A stretch of 60,349 nt of DNA, filler included, from Dugesia japonica (taxonomy: Eukaryota), in assembly GCA_001938525.1 (NCBI GenBank). It is 6 parts of 6 records of this genome, joined end to end, with 100 filler letters (N's around TTAATTAATTAA, not from the genome) between each part and the next. Parts side by side here need not be neighbours in the genome. Positions count along the whole stretch, not along the records: positions 9,616 to 19,457 come from MQRL01627670.1; positions 19,558 to 29,940 come from MQRL01612384.1; 4 more parts are not named here. One strand, written 5' to 3'. The notes under the pieces are model-generated. The model worked only from the letters and a program-made list of their open reading frames with translations. It searched no databases and was not told the DNA's origin. A program made the translations under genes and the position numbers. Shown piece after piece: positions 12,499 through 25,133 of this stretch. The first letter of the stretch is position 1. Each line of letters opens with the position of its first letter.

Positions 12499-12790
12499 GC
12501 CTTTATTACCAATATGCTATGGGGAGTTAGGGAACCCTCCGGGTCGGAGGATGCCGAAAACTCAGCTCCAGCCGAAAACATTACTCCGGACCCTTAATGT
12601 ACAACGTGTTGTGAGCTGATTCGTTTAATAAATGAATGTTTAATTAGTCTAAATAGTTTTTCTTCAGTTATTAGTTTTAATGAACAAGTCACTTTAAAAT
12701 CATACTATTAAATTTTTATACCTTGAGTAAGGTTGATTAAATGTCAGTATTGATATTCTGAGGGAAAAGCTATTACCATATTTTATTTTA

Positions 12791-13150
12791 GTGCACTCCT
12801 CCTTAAATCGTCACACAGCTCCTACCAAAAAAATTCGAGACACTAGTGAGGACAACGAACTCACTTGGGACTTATATCGTCTAGCAAAACGACGCTGGGA
12901 GGCCGACGTGGCAGCTGCCAGTAGTAAAGTACTCCGTTATAAAAAGAAATGTGTTCTCAACAAAAAGGAAGCAAAGGCCTCCCACCTACAAGAGCGTTCT
13001 TGGAAGAAGCAGGTGGATTCTTTTTCGGAAATTATCCGGTCTAGCCATAACCGAGAAAATAATCTGGTCAGTGATATCCTGCGACTCCGGGAGAGAATTC
13101 CTCTCGAACCTTTAACGATCGACAAAGGCACCCAGACCCCGCGGAGCTAG
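12791..13150 (+). CDS. Hypothetical basic coiled-coil protein exon
   Basis: 119-codon open frame starting at a ttttag| acceptor; AATAAA ~20 nt after the stop. Confidence 0.55.
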   Translation: MHSSLNRHTAPTKKIRDTSEDNELTWDLYRLAKRRWEADVAAASSKVLRYKKKCVLNKKEAKASHLQERSWKKQVDSFSEIIRSSHNRENNLVSDILRLRERIPLEPLTIDKGTQTPRS

Positions 13151-13266
13151 TTACGTTCATGCTTTATAAATAAATTTATTATTCAATTTTTTCTTTGGTG
13201 TAATTTGTTAATATGTCCATATTCATTGAAAATTTTGTAAATTGGTATTAACATTGTTTATTTTAG

Positions 13267-13647
13267 TGCCTCACATCAACTTCCCTAATAGCATCCGTCG
13301 TTGTCACCGTATAATGCGCCGTCTGTTGGTGGAGCGACATTTAAAACGGAAGACAGATAAAGCTCTACTAAGACACCTAAGCCAACGGGATAGGCTAATA
13401 AAAACTCGACCATATAATAAAGAAACAGGGTGATCTAGCCATCCAAACTAAGGCCCTGGAAATCGAAACCAAACGGCTTTTGCAAAGGAAAATAGAGTTC
13501 CTAAAGCAATATATAGGGGACCTTTCCCGCCAGATTGGCAATCCAACTTGGGCGCAATGGGATGATAATGATGATGTCGTCGCCTTTGATGTAACCGAGA
13601 CCGATCCAACTCAATGGTTAGATCCAGGGGCTCTGGATTTAATATAA
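13267..13647 (+). pseudogene. Hypothetical basic + leucine-zipper-like + acidic-tail protein exon, one frameshift near 13403
   Basis: PHINF..RRCHRIMRRLLVERHLKRK..RDRLIK / LDHIIKKQGDLAIQTKALEIETKRLLQRKIEFLKQYIGDL..WDDNDDVVAFDVTETDPTQWLD; ttttag acceptor; AATAAA at ~13660. Confidence 0.5.
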
Positions 13648-13959
13648 ATGTTTTCGTAAAATAAAATGTGTATAATAGAGATCGTATTCTTTTTCAAGAG
13701 TTATTAATAATAGGGAAAATAATGAACCACCATTAATAGGGAAAATAATCAACCACCATAAGCTGAAAATCTGCCCTGGGGTGGCAGATATAAATTCTTA
13801 AGAGGGTTCCCCTGAGGGTTGTTTTTCCCCAGTTATCGGTTTCTTCATTCAACTCAGGTGGAATCCCAACAATTGTATCAATGTGTGTAACCAATCCATG
13901 TCCATACTGGGTAATGCGGGAAATTATTTTAGAAAGATTTCCATGAATTTGGTTTGTTC

Positions 13960-14116
13960 TAGAGAAACGATGACTCATCATTATGACTCATACTTACGAC
14001 TTATTTGCTTTTTTTCAGGCATCGATGAGTCATACTTATGACTCATTCTGACCTAGAAAACGATGACTCATAATTATGACTCATCGTCTTTGTTTCAGTC
14101 ATCGATGAGTCATACT
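13960..14116. promoter_or_regulatory. Array of seven perfect ATGA(C/G)TCAT AP-1/GCN4 palindromes in two tandem units
   Basis: TGA(C/G)TCA cores at 13971, 13984, 14026, 14039, 14064, 14077 and 14106. Confidence 0.75.
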
Positions 14117-14189
14117 TTGTTGTACATGTTCTTTGTCTAGGGGGGTGATCCAGTACGTCACTATCTACCTACTAACAAGGAAACAAATT

Positions 14190-15210
14190 TATGAAAACTC
14201 ATAAAAATGAAACAAATTTTAAAAAAGTATTGATTTGTGATGTTGAAAATGCATTATATACATGTTTTCTGAACGAAAGAATTTACAATTAAATTGTAAA
14301 TTATGAGGTTTTGAAAATCTAGTCTTCTGATTTCATAGAAAATGAACTTCAAAAGTTAAATTTCAAGTCAAGCGTCATGGAATTCGTCTATTGAAAATTA
14401 ATGGAGAGAAGCTTTTTTGCGAATCATTCAGCTGTTTTTGACTTTATTCAAAATTTTTGTGTGGAAGCAGTACTTCTAAACTTATAATCTGAATAAAGCT
14501 ATAACTCTAATGAGACCGAATTGATAAACAAAAATTTAAATGATAAAACTTTGATGCCTTACGTTAATGCAACTGATACTTACAAATTTTCCTTAATTGT
14601 GAAATAGAAGGCAAAGAATCCACTGCGTTTTAAAAATGCGACATTGCCGGATATTTATTATAAGTCATCCATAAATGCATGGTAAACGCAAGAATTATTT
14701 AAGGAGTGAATTTATGATGTTCTAATACCACTAGTAACTCAAAGTTTAGTTTAAAAAGGTTTATTAATAAAATCGTTTCTCCTTTGGGATAATGCAACGT
14801 GTCATGTTATCGATCATGAGTTAAAATCTGAAGATGGCAACTTTACAGTTAATTTCTTCCCACCCAATAATACATCAGTTCTGCGGCTTCTGGATCAGGG
14901 TATAATTAAATAAATAAAGACAAAATTTTGAAGAAAAGTTCTGTGCACCTTATTAGCAATGATTGGTGATGTAGCCACTAAATTAAAAAATATTTATCTG
15001 GAAAACGTACTCGTTTTATTATTGGAATCATGGACTGAGGTGCAGTAGTCCACTATATTAACTGATTATAAATATCTATTTCCAACAATATAAAAATTAT
15101 CTGTTGAAGATGTGGATAGTATCCTTTTGACTCATCTTTATCTATCTGCTGCACAGGAAACTACACATAATGATGAGGATATACAAGCTTGGAGACCAGA
15201 AGCAAATGAA
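14190..15210 (+). mobile_element. Tigger/pogo (DDE_1, CENP-B/jerky-like) transposase pseudogene
   Basis: LMPYVNATDTYK...KAKNPLRFKN..LP..YKSSINAW, LLWDNATCH and FFPPNNTSVLRLLDQGII; many stops. Confidence 0.9.
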
Positions 15211-15289
15211 TATATCCGTGTATACCTGCTTGAAAAGTTGTTTTTGAACTAGGTGCATCAACCATAACTGTTTTTAATCTGTGGCGAAA

Positions 15290-15745
15290 CATTGGGAAAT
15301 TAATGAAGCTCAATTGACAGAAATACAAAAAAATACTTCTTTTGCCCAACAAAAGCAAGTCATTCCTTGATCGGATTCATATATGCGACGAGAATTAAAA
15401 ATACTGTACATCAACCGTCAATGTTTTGATCAATAGTTGGATCAAAATGAAACTCCTAAATATTTTCCTAAGACAAAGCTGTTTCGATAAAAGTTTATAA
15501 TTAAGCTGTTTCATGATCTTCTCCAAATCTAATTCATTATAATCTTTTGAACATTAGTAAAACGATAACTGCAAAGTGTTTGGTGATGAAATCAATGAAA
15601 TAAAACAGAAACTAGAACCATAAGAACGAACGGCCGCACATCGCACAGTATACTTTCCAAAAATTAGACCATTAAAGCTATGAAATTCTGCCTCCCCACG
15701 CATACTCGCTAGATCTTTTAACTATTGATTATCATTTTTCCAAAT
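15290..15745 (+). mobile_element. Mariner transposase remnant
   Basis: LPPHAYSLDLLTIDYHFF (YSPDLAPxDY motif), with a PHIAQ motif upstream. Confidence 0.7.
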
Positions 15746-17141
15746 ACAATATTTACAGTTTGATACTTGCGATGGAAAAAATAGAATTAGGAAAATAACG
15801 AAAAAGAAAAAAAATCAACCGAACACAAGTAATATCGTACAGAAGTAGTACTATCTATTAAATAATAATAAATCATAGTTAACGTGTAAAAGAAACTGGC
15901 CAAAAAAGAATAGCCACTACAAAAAACATACCAATAAAAATAAAAAAGTAAAAAAACTTATGAAGAATAAATAAAAATAAATAATAGAATCAAGTAGAAA
16001 TGCTATATTAAAGACAAGGAATTAAATAATTAATAAAATCTAAATAAAGCGTTCAAGAGGAAGCAAAAATCATTCGACAATATAGTGAAAACTAGAAGTC
16101 AAAATCAATAACTACCTATAGCAAACCAAATAAATCAAATATTCCCTACAACTTGATAGATAACCGAGCATCATACGTCAATCTGAAGTCGCTATTTAAT
16201 TTTGTGTAAAGAATTCATGGAAATGGTATTTTTTTACTGTGAGGATTTGTATGAAGGATTATTTTTAACTTTTTAAAGACGGTTGTTAGTAAGTATTTAT
16301 TTAAAAATTTATAAGATAATTCAGCTAATTTAATTCAAAGGTAGATCGTTTAAATATTGATAATTTTGTGGAGCAGGGTTTTAATTTTAAGTTATAAAGA
16401 TAATTTCAAAAACGAAAATTCGATTTTAAAATTTAATTGTTGGATTTATATTTTTCAAGTTCGTATAAGAAAAGATTATCAATTTTAATAAATAAACTGG
16501 TCGAAATGAATGCGTTGTCTTATAGTGAAGTTGAACTTAACAGTTACAATTTCTTCAGAAGTATGTGAGTAATAAGGAGCAAAGTTGGAAAAGAATAAAA
16601 ACCTAATAAATGCTACAAAATATTTACAACTTGTTAAATTAGCATAACAAATGAAAAGGTATGAAAAGCTAATAGATGAAAAAACCCCCCCCAATCAGAA
16701 TTTGATAGTAAAAGAACTGTGATTTAAAAGAAAAATTAATTTTTTCTCAACACATTAAGTTGAGAGGGACTTTTCAGATTCTCAATTTAGTATGCGCACA
16801 ATAATGCGTAGGAAACAACCAGAATTTTGAATCAACTATTAATAAAGTATCAAATATCATAAATCTTATTATTATTATATTAAACTTATTTGTTAATTGC
16901 AATTGTTAACCTGTGGCGGAAATAGGTTTTATATATTATACCGGAAGTAAAAAGAATTCTAGGAACTCAAGGTCAGTTTTAGTCAACCTTTTGTTATCAA
17001 GAAAATTTATGCCATCGTGCATTTATAGTTATGTTTTTTGCTTTTTAAATTTTCTATGTAGCTATAGTAATTTAGTTTATTTATAAAATACTCAATTAAT
17101 TCTATCTAGATTAATCAGTATATTTTGGTTATGATTAATAT

Positions 17142-17765
17142 TATTAGGTTGTCTGTAAAGTTCTTTCTGTTTTTTATTAAGAAATAAAAAGCAATTTTTA
17201 AATACACAAAAATCAATTTAAAACCAATTGGCCATTATGATCCACAATTTTTGATTTACTGATTTTTGACATTTCTTCTGCAAAGAATTCTTTAATTTGT
17301 TTGATTACCGACAACAAATATTTGAGTCCATTGTAGTATTAATTGTAAAGAGTTTATAATATACAATTTTTTTATAATCAGGCCAGATTGACAACATGAT
17401 CTTTTCTGGAGAGTTGATGTTTGAGGTGGCTCACCGGACTTGAGCCATGATACATTATTAATATATCTCCGGTTATCAGTTTCTTCAAAAATGGATTGGT
17501 CTGAAGAGTATATGGTAGATATTGATTCTTTGCATTAAATGAATTTCCTTCAATTCATTTGGAATCCAAATATCAAACTTCATTATGTATCCAAGCATTC
17601 TTAATTGGTCAATAACAGTTATTTACGATACTTTTACCAATCCTGCTATGTCAAGAATCGTTGTGTCTATAAAATTCTTTGATAGTCTTTACTTGGTCTT
17701 CAAACGTTGCCAATGGCCTACTAAAATAGGCAGCATCTTTAAATGACAAATTTCCGGAAAAACAT
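17142..17765 (-). mobile_element. Mariner element remnant with terminal TATTAGGTTG
   Basis: LRMLGYIMKFDIWIPNELKEIHLMQRINI (WVPHEL motif); mariner-like terminus at ~17142. Confidence 0.75.
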
Positions 17766-18055
17766 TTTAATAACAAGCATTCACTTAAAATATTAAAACG
17801 TCATTGAGCTTTGTGCGGTAAGGAGGGTAAACAACGAAGAGAAAACGATGCAGCGGTGAAGATGTAACTAGTAGAAGCCAATATGCAGGTTTTACTTTTT
17901 AAGCTGAGGGACAGATACCAAAAAAATTTGCAGACGAGCAGCAGAACTGACCAAGGAAGAAATCATATTCCTGAGGTGACAGCAAGTGAACAAAAACGGC
18001 TAATACGTTATCAGCAATTAAAGTTTCTGAGGACTGTTGTTTTATAACTACAAAA

Positions 18056-18517
18056 CTACAGTTTTGTTGTTTTTCTTTCGTTTGTTGTCAAGGACTCCAT
18101 TTTTATGATGACGAGTTTCTGTGAAACTTCCTGCTCTATGGCACCATTGGGTGTCAATGCCAGTACCTGATCTTCCAGATGATCCAACTGCATCCGACTC
18201 GTCACTTCTTGCGTTACCAACTGGGCAACTATCCCCTTGATGATCTCTATTCCTTTCCTGAGCTTCTCATTGTCCTGCTGGTATAATTGCAGTTTATTCT
18301 GGGTATCGATCAACTATTGCTTTGCACTCCAAAATTTCACCACAAACTGTCCACCCTTATGCAGCAACTCGGTTTTCTCTTTTTCATATTTTGTGCGTTG
18401 CTCATTTAGCAGCTCCACAGTGTTTCTCCACGGAACCCAGAAGGTTCCCTCGTCTCCATCGTTTTTCATGANCAACGGAATGTGTGGCTGATAGTATTNG
18501 GTCATGATTTCTGGCAA
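18056..18517 (-). pseudogene. Coiled-coil ORF of unknown family with one in-frame stop
   Basis: ORFs 18314-18517 and 18056-18313 are in the same frame and separated only by TAG; GC-richer than flanks. Confidence 0.5.
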
Positions 18518-19179
18518 ATAAATTTATAAAAATTTGTTATGACAATATTAAATGAGATTCATAAATTAAAAAATGAATTTAATTAATAAAACGTTTCTTC
18601 GGCCTTTGGCCTATCTGCTCTTGTTCTTTGATCCTAACATGCGAACCAGAGAAGATGACCATCCAGAACCATCTTCTTTCCTCGTTCTCATGCTTCCAGA
18701 GCTCTCGAAAGATATGCTTAATGGCAAGTCCAACATGACGATGACCTTTAAAAAACGAATTAAAATGATACTTCTGGCAAAATAAATCAATTTTTATAAA
18801 AATAAAAATGTAAGAATCGGGAGGAAAATTCTCGATTGAAACTATCCTATTCAATTGCATGTATTAATCGTTAATCAAATAAACTTAACGGTCACTATTA
18901 ACTATTATGTTTATGCTGTTTTATAACTAAAAGAAACTAAATAGACAAAATATATTTTAAAAAACGGCCGATTACATATTATTTCGACTAAGCAACATCT
19001 ATTTCTACATCCCCTTCTCGAATTTATTGTTTGTATTTAGGATTTACTTTTCGCTCTCAAATTGATTAGCGCCTGTCTTTCCTTACGGTTTTCTGTAACT
19101 CTAATGTATTATGTCTCGTTGTTCCACTGATCATAGATTCAGAATTGTAATTAGTTTGACGCATCTTTCCCTTGAACCG

Positions 19180-19457
19180 TTTTACTTGGTGAATATTCCT
19201 TGTTATTCTTTTATTGTTCAGTAAAAGCTCTAAATTATTATTAGGTAAAATATTATTAACTTTTCATGGTCCTGAGAATCTCCTCGTAAGCATACTCCTC
19301 TCGTTCGATTTTACCCAAACCAAATCCCCTACTTTGGCTTTGTTTTGTTCTGTTCGTGGTTCTTCCGGTATTTTCCGCTGGTTTCTTTTCTACTTAATAT
19401 TGTTTTCTGCAAACTCTTTCTTTGCCTTTTTGTTGGTTTTCTGATTCCTTATTTCTC
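19180..19457 (-). mobile_element. Ty3/Gypsy integrase C-terminal (GPY/F) remnant
   Basis: KVGDLVWVKSNERSMLTRRFSGP*KVNKIL. Confidence 0.65.
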
Positions 19458-19557
19458 NNNNNNNNNNNNNNNNNNNNNNNNNNNNNNNNNNNNNNNNNNN
19501 NTTAATTAATTAANNNNNNNNNNNNNNNNNNNNNNNNNNNNNNNNNNNNNNNNNNNN
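19458..19557. other. Artificial scaffold spacer
   Basis: 44N-TTAATTAATTAA-44N. Confidence 0.95.
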
Positions 19558-22125
19558 AATATAGAGTATTCAAGAATAGGGCCAAATTGTTCTCCTATTA
19601 AGCGGTACTAACCTTTCAACTTAACAATATTATATAAAAGTATAAATTCTAGATATTTTACCAGCTTATATGTAGAACTAATAAACCACAATCTTATACC
19701 GACCCATCCTCCATTATTCACATCAATAAAAGATCTTCATATAATAACTGAGAAAGATTTAATAAACAAATCTCTTTTATAATACGACATATTGTTTATG
19801 GTTATTGTATATGGCTATCAGAGAAATAAAAGAATAATATTCGATCCTACAATTAATCAGGCTTAATATAACGAATAACCAAGATGAAATAATAAGTAAA
19901 CGATTAAAACAAGATAAAATAATGAAAGTTAAAGTCAAAGGAAATAATAATCCTACAAATAATCTTTTTCACTGTTAACTATATGATTTATCAAATTTCA
20001 TTTTGTCCAAAGCAGCTCTCATTCTTTCTGCGGTAAACAGAGGTGACTGATAATTCAAAAATGTTTCAATTTCTTCTTTTTTAGCAACGTCTTTCTTTCT
20101 TATTGTTTATAGCCGTCGGGAAATAGATCCGTCAAACAAATTACAGTACCGAGAATATGGCGACTGTATCAATAACTGAACATTTTTACCGTCCATTTTT
20201 AGGTTTACCAAAATAGCGTGTATCTTGTTGCATACGTAGTTTGATACAATATCACTAAAAAGTTAGCAAGTCTTTATACATACACACACAAAACAATAAT
20301 AGCTCAAATTAAAACAACACGTTTTTCCGCTATAGCCTATATTTAAGTTATAATTGTGTTTCTATTTATCTTCTGCCAGATTTCTAAGATCAGTTATATA
20401 CCTGTAATCTATGTCCAACTTTTGTATACAGGTAAAGGTTTGTCCTGTGGTTTATCGAATTTTATAATTTATCAAAACACAAAATAAACTCTTTAACTTT
20501 AACAAATATTTATTCACTGAGAATGGAACTATAGTGTAACTACACTGTTTCNNNNNNNNNNNNNNNNNNNNNNNNNNNNNNNNNNNNNNNNNNNNNNNNN
20601 NNNNNNACATAATAAGTAATAAAAGTGTTTATCAAATAGAATGTCAGCAAGGATAAAAATTACAAATTTAAAAACCCAATAAAAATAAGTTGGACACACT
20701 GATATGTAATTGGTTGCACACTAACTTTCTATTTTTTTCATTCTTAAATCCAGGTTGAGGTTTGAATCCATAAAATTTTATTGTAATCACTAATTACTCT
20801 TAAAATTGTCTTTAACCTTCATTAAGCTAACTTGATATTCTTTTATTATTTCATTTACGTTTAGTTGCTCAAATTCTATCTTATACACATTTAACCTTTA
20901 AATCCTTTATATCAACGACTTCTCGTTATTGTAAAGCAATTTATAGTTTAATTTTAATTTATTTCTGTTTGAATTTTTCTTTAAATTTTACTTAAATTTT
21001 ACCTTTATTTTACTTTGCCATAATACTAATGTCTTTATATTTGATAGATTTTTAAAATTGTATTTGCGTTAATATGAACATTACAATTGTAAGCAGATTT
21101 AATTTTTTGTATTTCGAAACGAAATTTATTAAAATCAGATTTGTTAAATTCTAAATTGAATCATAAAGATAGCGAATCTGAAATTTATAATTTGTGTTAA
21201 ATTAAAAATTTTTTAATTTGCAATATTATATTAAAATTTTATAATTTTTAATTTTTGTAATTTTATCGTAATTTGTAAAATTATCAAATTTCTGATTTTC
21301 AACAAAATATATTTTTTATTGAATTTTTAAATTTTAAGTTATTTATTAAAATTTTTTAATTTATTAAAACTAAAGGAATTAATGAAATATTTTTCACATT
21401 ACTGATATTTTTTCGTTTCCAATATAAATTTTTAAATTTGTTTGAAAAAAAAACAAATTTATATTTATAGTTTTTGTTTTGTGAATAAATCTTATATGGA
21501 AGCTAGTTGTGAATTCAATTCTCCGATGAGTTCTCNAAACTCATCTAGCAATAATAATACTTAAATTCTTGTTTGATATGTGTAATATTCATGTTGATCA
21601 TTATTTATTTTTAATGAATATTTAGGTTTTAATTGCTAGTTGGTATTTTCATAAAATTATTATTTTATTTACATTCTTATTACTTAACCTTTATTTTTTC
21701 TAAAATTTGATAATTTAGCTTTTCATTTGATCTATGAACATCTTTATGTTCAAAGTTATTGATATTATAAAATATTATATATAATTAAGATATTTAATTA
21801 ACTAAAACTTATTGTACTAATAACAATAAACTTATTAGATTTCAGTACTATTGTTCAAATATTTCAATATTACTTTTTGTTCTTTCCTTTTTGTTTGTCT
21901 TAAACTCTAAAAGGAATTTTTTGTTTACATCTGTTATTTTGAAATTTATGTCTGTCTCCTTCGTCTTTGATGTGTTTTCGTTAAAAGCCGATAAGAAAAA
22001 GAACTTTTATTTACTAATGTTAACCAGATTAACGATCTGTTGAATTCTTTAAGGGTATAAATAGTTTATTTTTTTTTATTCTCTTTGGCAAGTGCCACGA
22101 TCGCAAAATTTCAAGTAACTTTTAA

Positions 22126-22312
22126 TATTATTTTATATCTTTTATTATTACTATTANNNNNNNNNNNNNNNNNNNNNNNNNNNNNNNNNNNNNNNNNNNN
22201 NNNNNNNNNNNNNNNNNNNNNNNNNNNNNNNNNNNNNNNNNNNNNNNNNNNNNNNNNNNNNNNNNNNNNNNNNNNNNNNNNNNNNNNNNNNNNNNNNNNN
22301 NNNNNNNNNNNN

Positions 22313-22378
<66 letters not shown>
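22126..22378. repeat. (ATT)n microsatellite
   Basis: Direct reading, spanning an N gap. Confidence 0.9.
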
Positions 22379-23164
22379 GTTAATGTATTTTAAGTAATAT
22401 TATAAATCTTTATTAAGTTCTATTTATAGCTTTTAATATTCATTTAATTATGTACATCTTTACAATTTTCGATTTACACTCGTGTTTCTATTATTTTTCA
22501 TTCATCAAACTATTTAAATATTAATTAGGTAATTACAACATTCTTTACAACCATAATTTTATTCATTTTATTATTCTTTCATATTAAAATTCAATTATAA
22601 ATTTTGCTATTAGTTTCCTTATGATTCTTAATTATTATTTCACACCTTTTCTGGCTTTTCATATTATACTTATTTTTATTTTATTTAAGGTTTTATGTTG
22701 CTTATGCCATTATTATACTTATTTAAAATGAAAAACAACAGTTTAATCATAAACTTTTTTTCTTTTACCATAATCATAATCAAACGTTGCCTAATTAATT
22801 TCGTAATAGATTAGAATCTGAACAACTTGATGAAATGTTTACAATTAATAATACAAAAAGTTGCAATGAGCAAATTCGATTACAATTAAAATTTAAAATT
22901 ATTGGGTTGGAAACAAAGTTCCCGTACAAAATTTATTTACAACACAAATTTAATTGTTTTTTATATTTATTAGAGTATATAAGTATATCTTATGACATAT
23001 TTATATTTTGTTTAAACAATATATACATTTCAGCGCTCATTACAATAAATAAATTGCCAATAAATCAAGTCTTTAAATTTAATTTTAGTAATGTATGTTT
23101 ACAAATCCAATGTAAGTGCTGGTCAATCTCAACGCCGTATTAACAAAACCTTTGTAAACACACT

Positions 23165-23960
23165 ATTAATAGGTATACGACATTTGAAATTCAAGAGTAA
23201 TGATTTCGACTTTCAAGATAAGATAAGAAATGGTCTGCAGTAATTTATTGATAATGACTTACTATACGCCGGTATTGAAAGTAGTCCACTCTTCAAACCA
23301 CATGAACTAGCCTACAAGTTTTATGTTACACCTACCGTCATTTTTCATCATTTGAAGAAGATTGAGAAAGTCAGAAAACTGGATGTATGGGTTTCAAACT
23401 AACTGACTGTTTTGATTTGCAGTCATCTACACTCCATTACTATCTAAAGAGCGTCATTATAATTGGCTTAGCAAAGTAATCATTGCAGATAAAATATGGT
23501 GCATGTTCCGTAACATTACACGCAAAAGAAACTGATTAGACAAAGGAGGAACTCCGCAACCTTAACCAACGACCCAGCGGAATCAAAAATAGATAATAAT
23601 TTGTGAAATAAATGTGAAAAGTGTGATTTATTGAGAAATTTTGGGACGCAACTTGAATATCAATGCTGAATTTCACTTCAAAATACTACAACAGGTTGCT
23701 GATGTCATTGCACAAAAAACTCTTATAAGTGAATAATATAATGTTTTTTCATGATAATGTTCAACTGTAAGTTGCATACTCAACCCATGAAAAACTTCTG
23801 GAGTTGAGGTGGCGAAGTTCTTTCTCAGCTATTTTACTCACCAGATCTGTCACCAATAGATTACCATCTATTTTGGGCCTTGCAGAACTAGCTGAATTAT
23901 TAAACGTTTCAAACTGATGACGAATTGAAACCTGCAGTTAAACTAATAAGCTTTTACAGC
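23165..23960 (+). mobile_element. Mariner transposase pseudogene
   Basis: KFKSNDFDFQD..., HHLKKIEKVRKLDVWVSN and FYSPDLSPIDYHLFWALQN. Confidence 0.9.
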
Positions 23961-24334
23961 AAAAGCCTTCAAAATCCTGTCTGTTCTCATTTTCTTAATT
24001 ATCGCGAGTAACATTAATTCTTTTCAAGAGGGGAATTCTATGTTGAGATTCTGCACACAGCATACATAAATTCACACAAAATGTACAAAAATACGTAACA
24101 ACATTATCAAAAAAATCCACTAATACAATTCACTATGATGCTTCTTTCTAGCATTGAGTCAGACATTGATTGATCTGCTATGATCGACTTTATATGACAA
24201 CATTTAAATAAAATGTTCATCTAATATTGACAATTTTATTCTGTTATAATCAATTTCATTACAATTTTTATTTTATCTAGATTTTATTACCTTCTTTAAA
24301 TTCTGCAATTAATTCTAATAAATAGTAACTTTAT

Positions 24335-24918
24335 TCTGGCAGTGTCTCATAAGTTTGTGGACTAAGTGAATATTTTTATGAATTTAGTATTTCACCTTAT
24401 AATCATGCATTATTTTGCAAATAAATGCATGTTTTAGATTTTTTTGTCGTATATTTCGTGTTCATACTTACTTTTTATCGATTTAAATTATTTTTTAGGT
24501 TAAAGAAAATGGAAGAAAAATTGCTATTAGAACCTTAATTAGGTTCTATTAAAAATAGGACTTGAATATACGAGCAACCGCCGTCGAAATTTGTGCTGTA
24601 AAACGTCTACCCCATCTAGTTTACAGCACGAACTTATCACCTTCTAATTACTATCTGTTCAGATCCATGGCACGTTTCTTTCAAAGTTTGCAGTTCAAAA
24701 TTATTCAGCAAGCTGAAGCTGAAATAAGAGAATGTTTTGCTTCCAAAAACGCAGTATGATATCACTGCTGAATTTTAGAATTGAGTGAAAGATGGCAAAA
24801 TACCATAGACCATAATTAATTGCATTTTGAACATTATTACTGCTTGTATTTTTTAGCATGATTTTTTAAAATGTTGCGAATAAAGTGTATATATCAGTAT
24901 TTTGAACACTCCATTATA
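24335..24918 (+). mobile_element. Internally deleted mariner element
   Basis: N-terminal ATAVEICAV fused directly to LPHLVYSTNLSPSNYYLFRSMARF...LSERWQNTIDHN. Confidence 0.8.
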
Positions 24919-24995
24919 TTGGTTTCATTTGAAAACGACAATATTAAAAGATTTTGTGATTCTACAAATCTGTATTGATCGCTATTTTCAAGCTG

Positions 24996-24997
<2 letters not shown>

Positions 24998-25032
<35 letters not shown>
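24998..25032. repeat. (TA)n microsatellite
   Basis: Direct reading. Confidence 0.9.
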
Positions 25033-25036
<4 letters not shown>

Positions 25037-25133
25037 AAAGACTTCAACTTTCCATAATTATTTGCATAAACAAAAAGAATATTTGGTAATAATGTATTAT
25101 TTAAACAAATAATATAATTTAATATTAACAAAT

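Noticed and set aside
23914-23932. ctgatgacgaattgaaac hammerhead-like string
   Set aside because: Lies within mariner coding sequence and lacks proper stems
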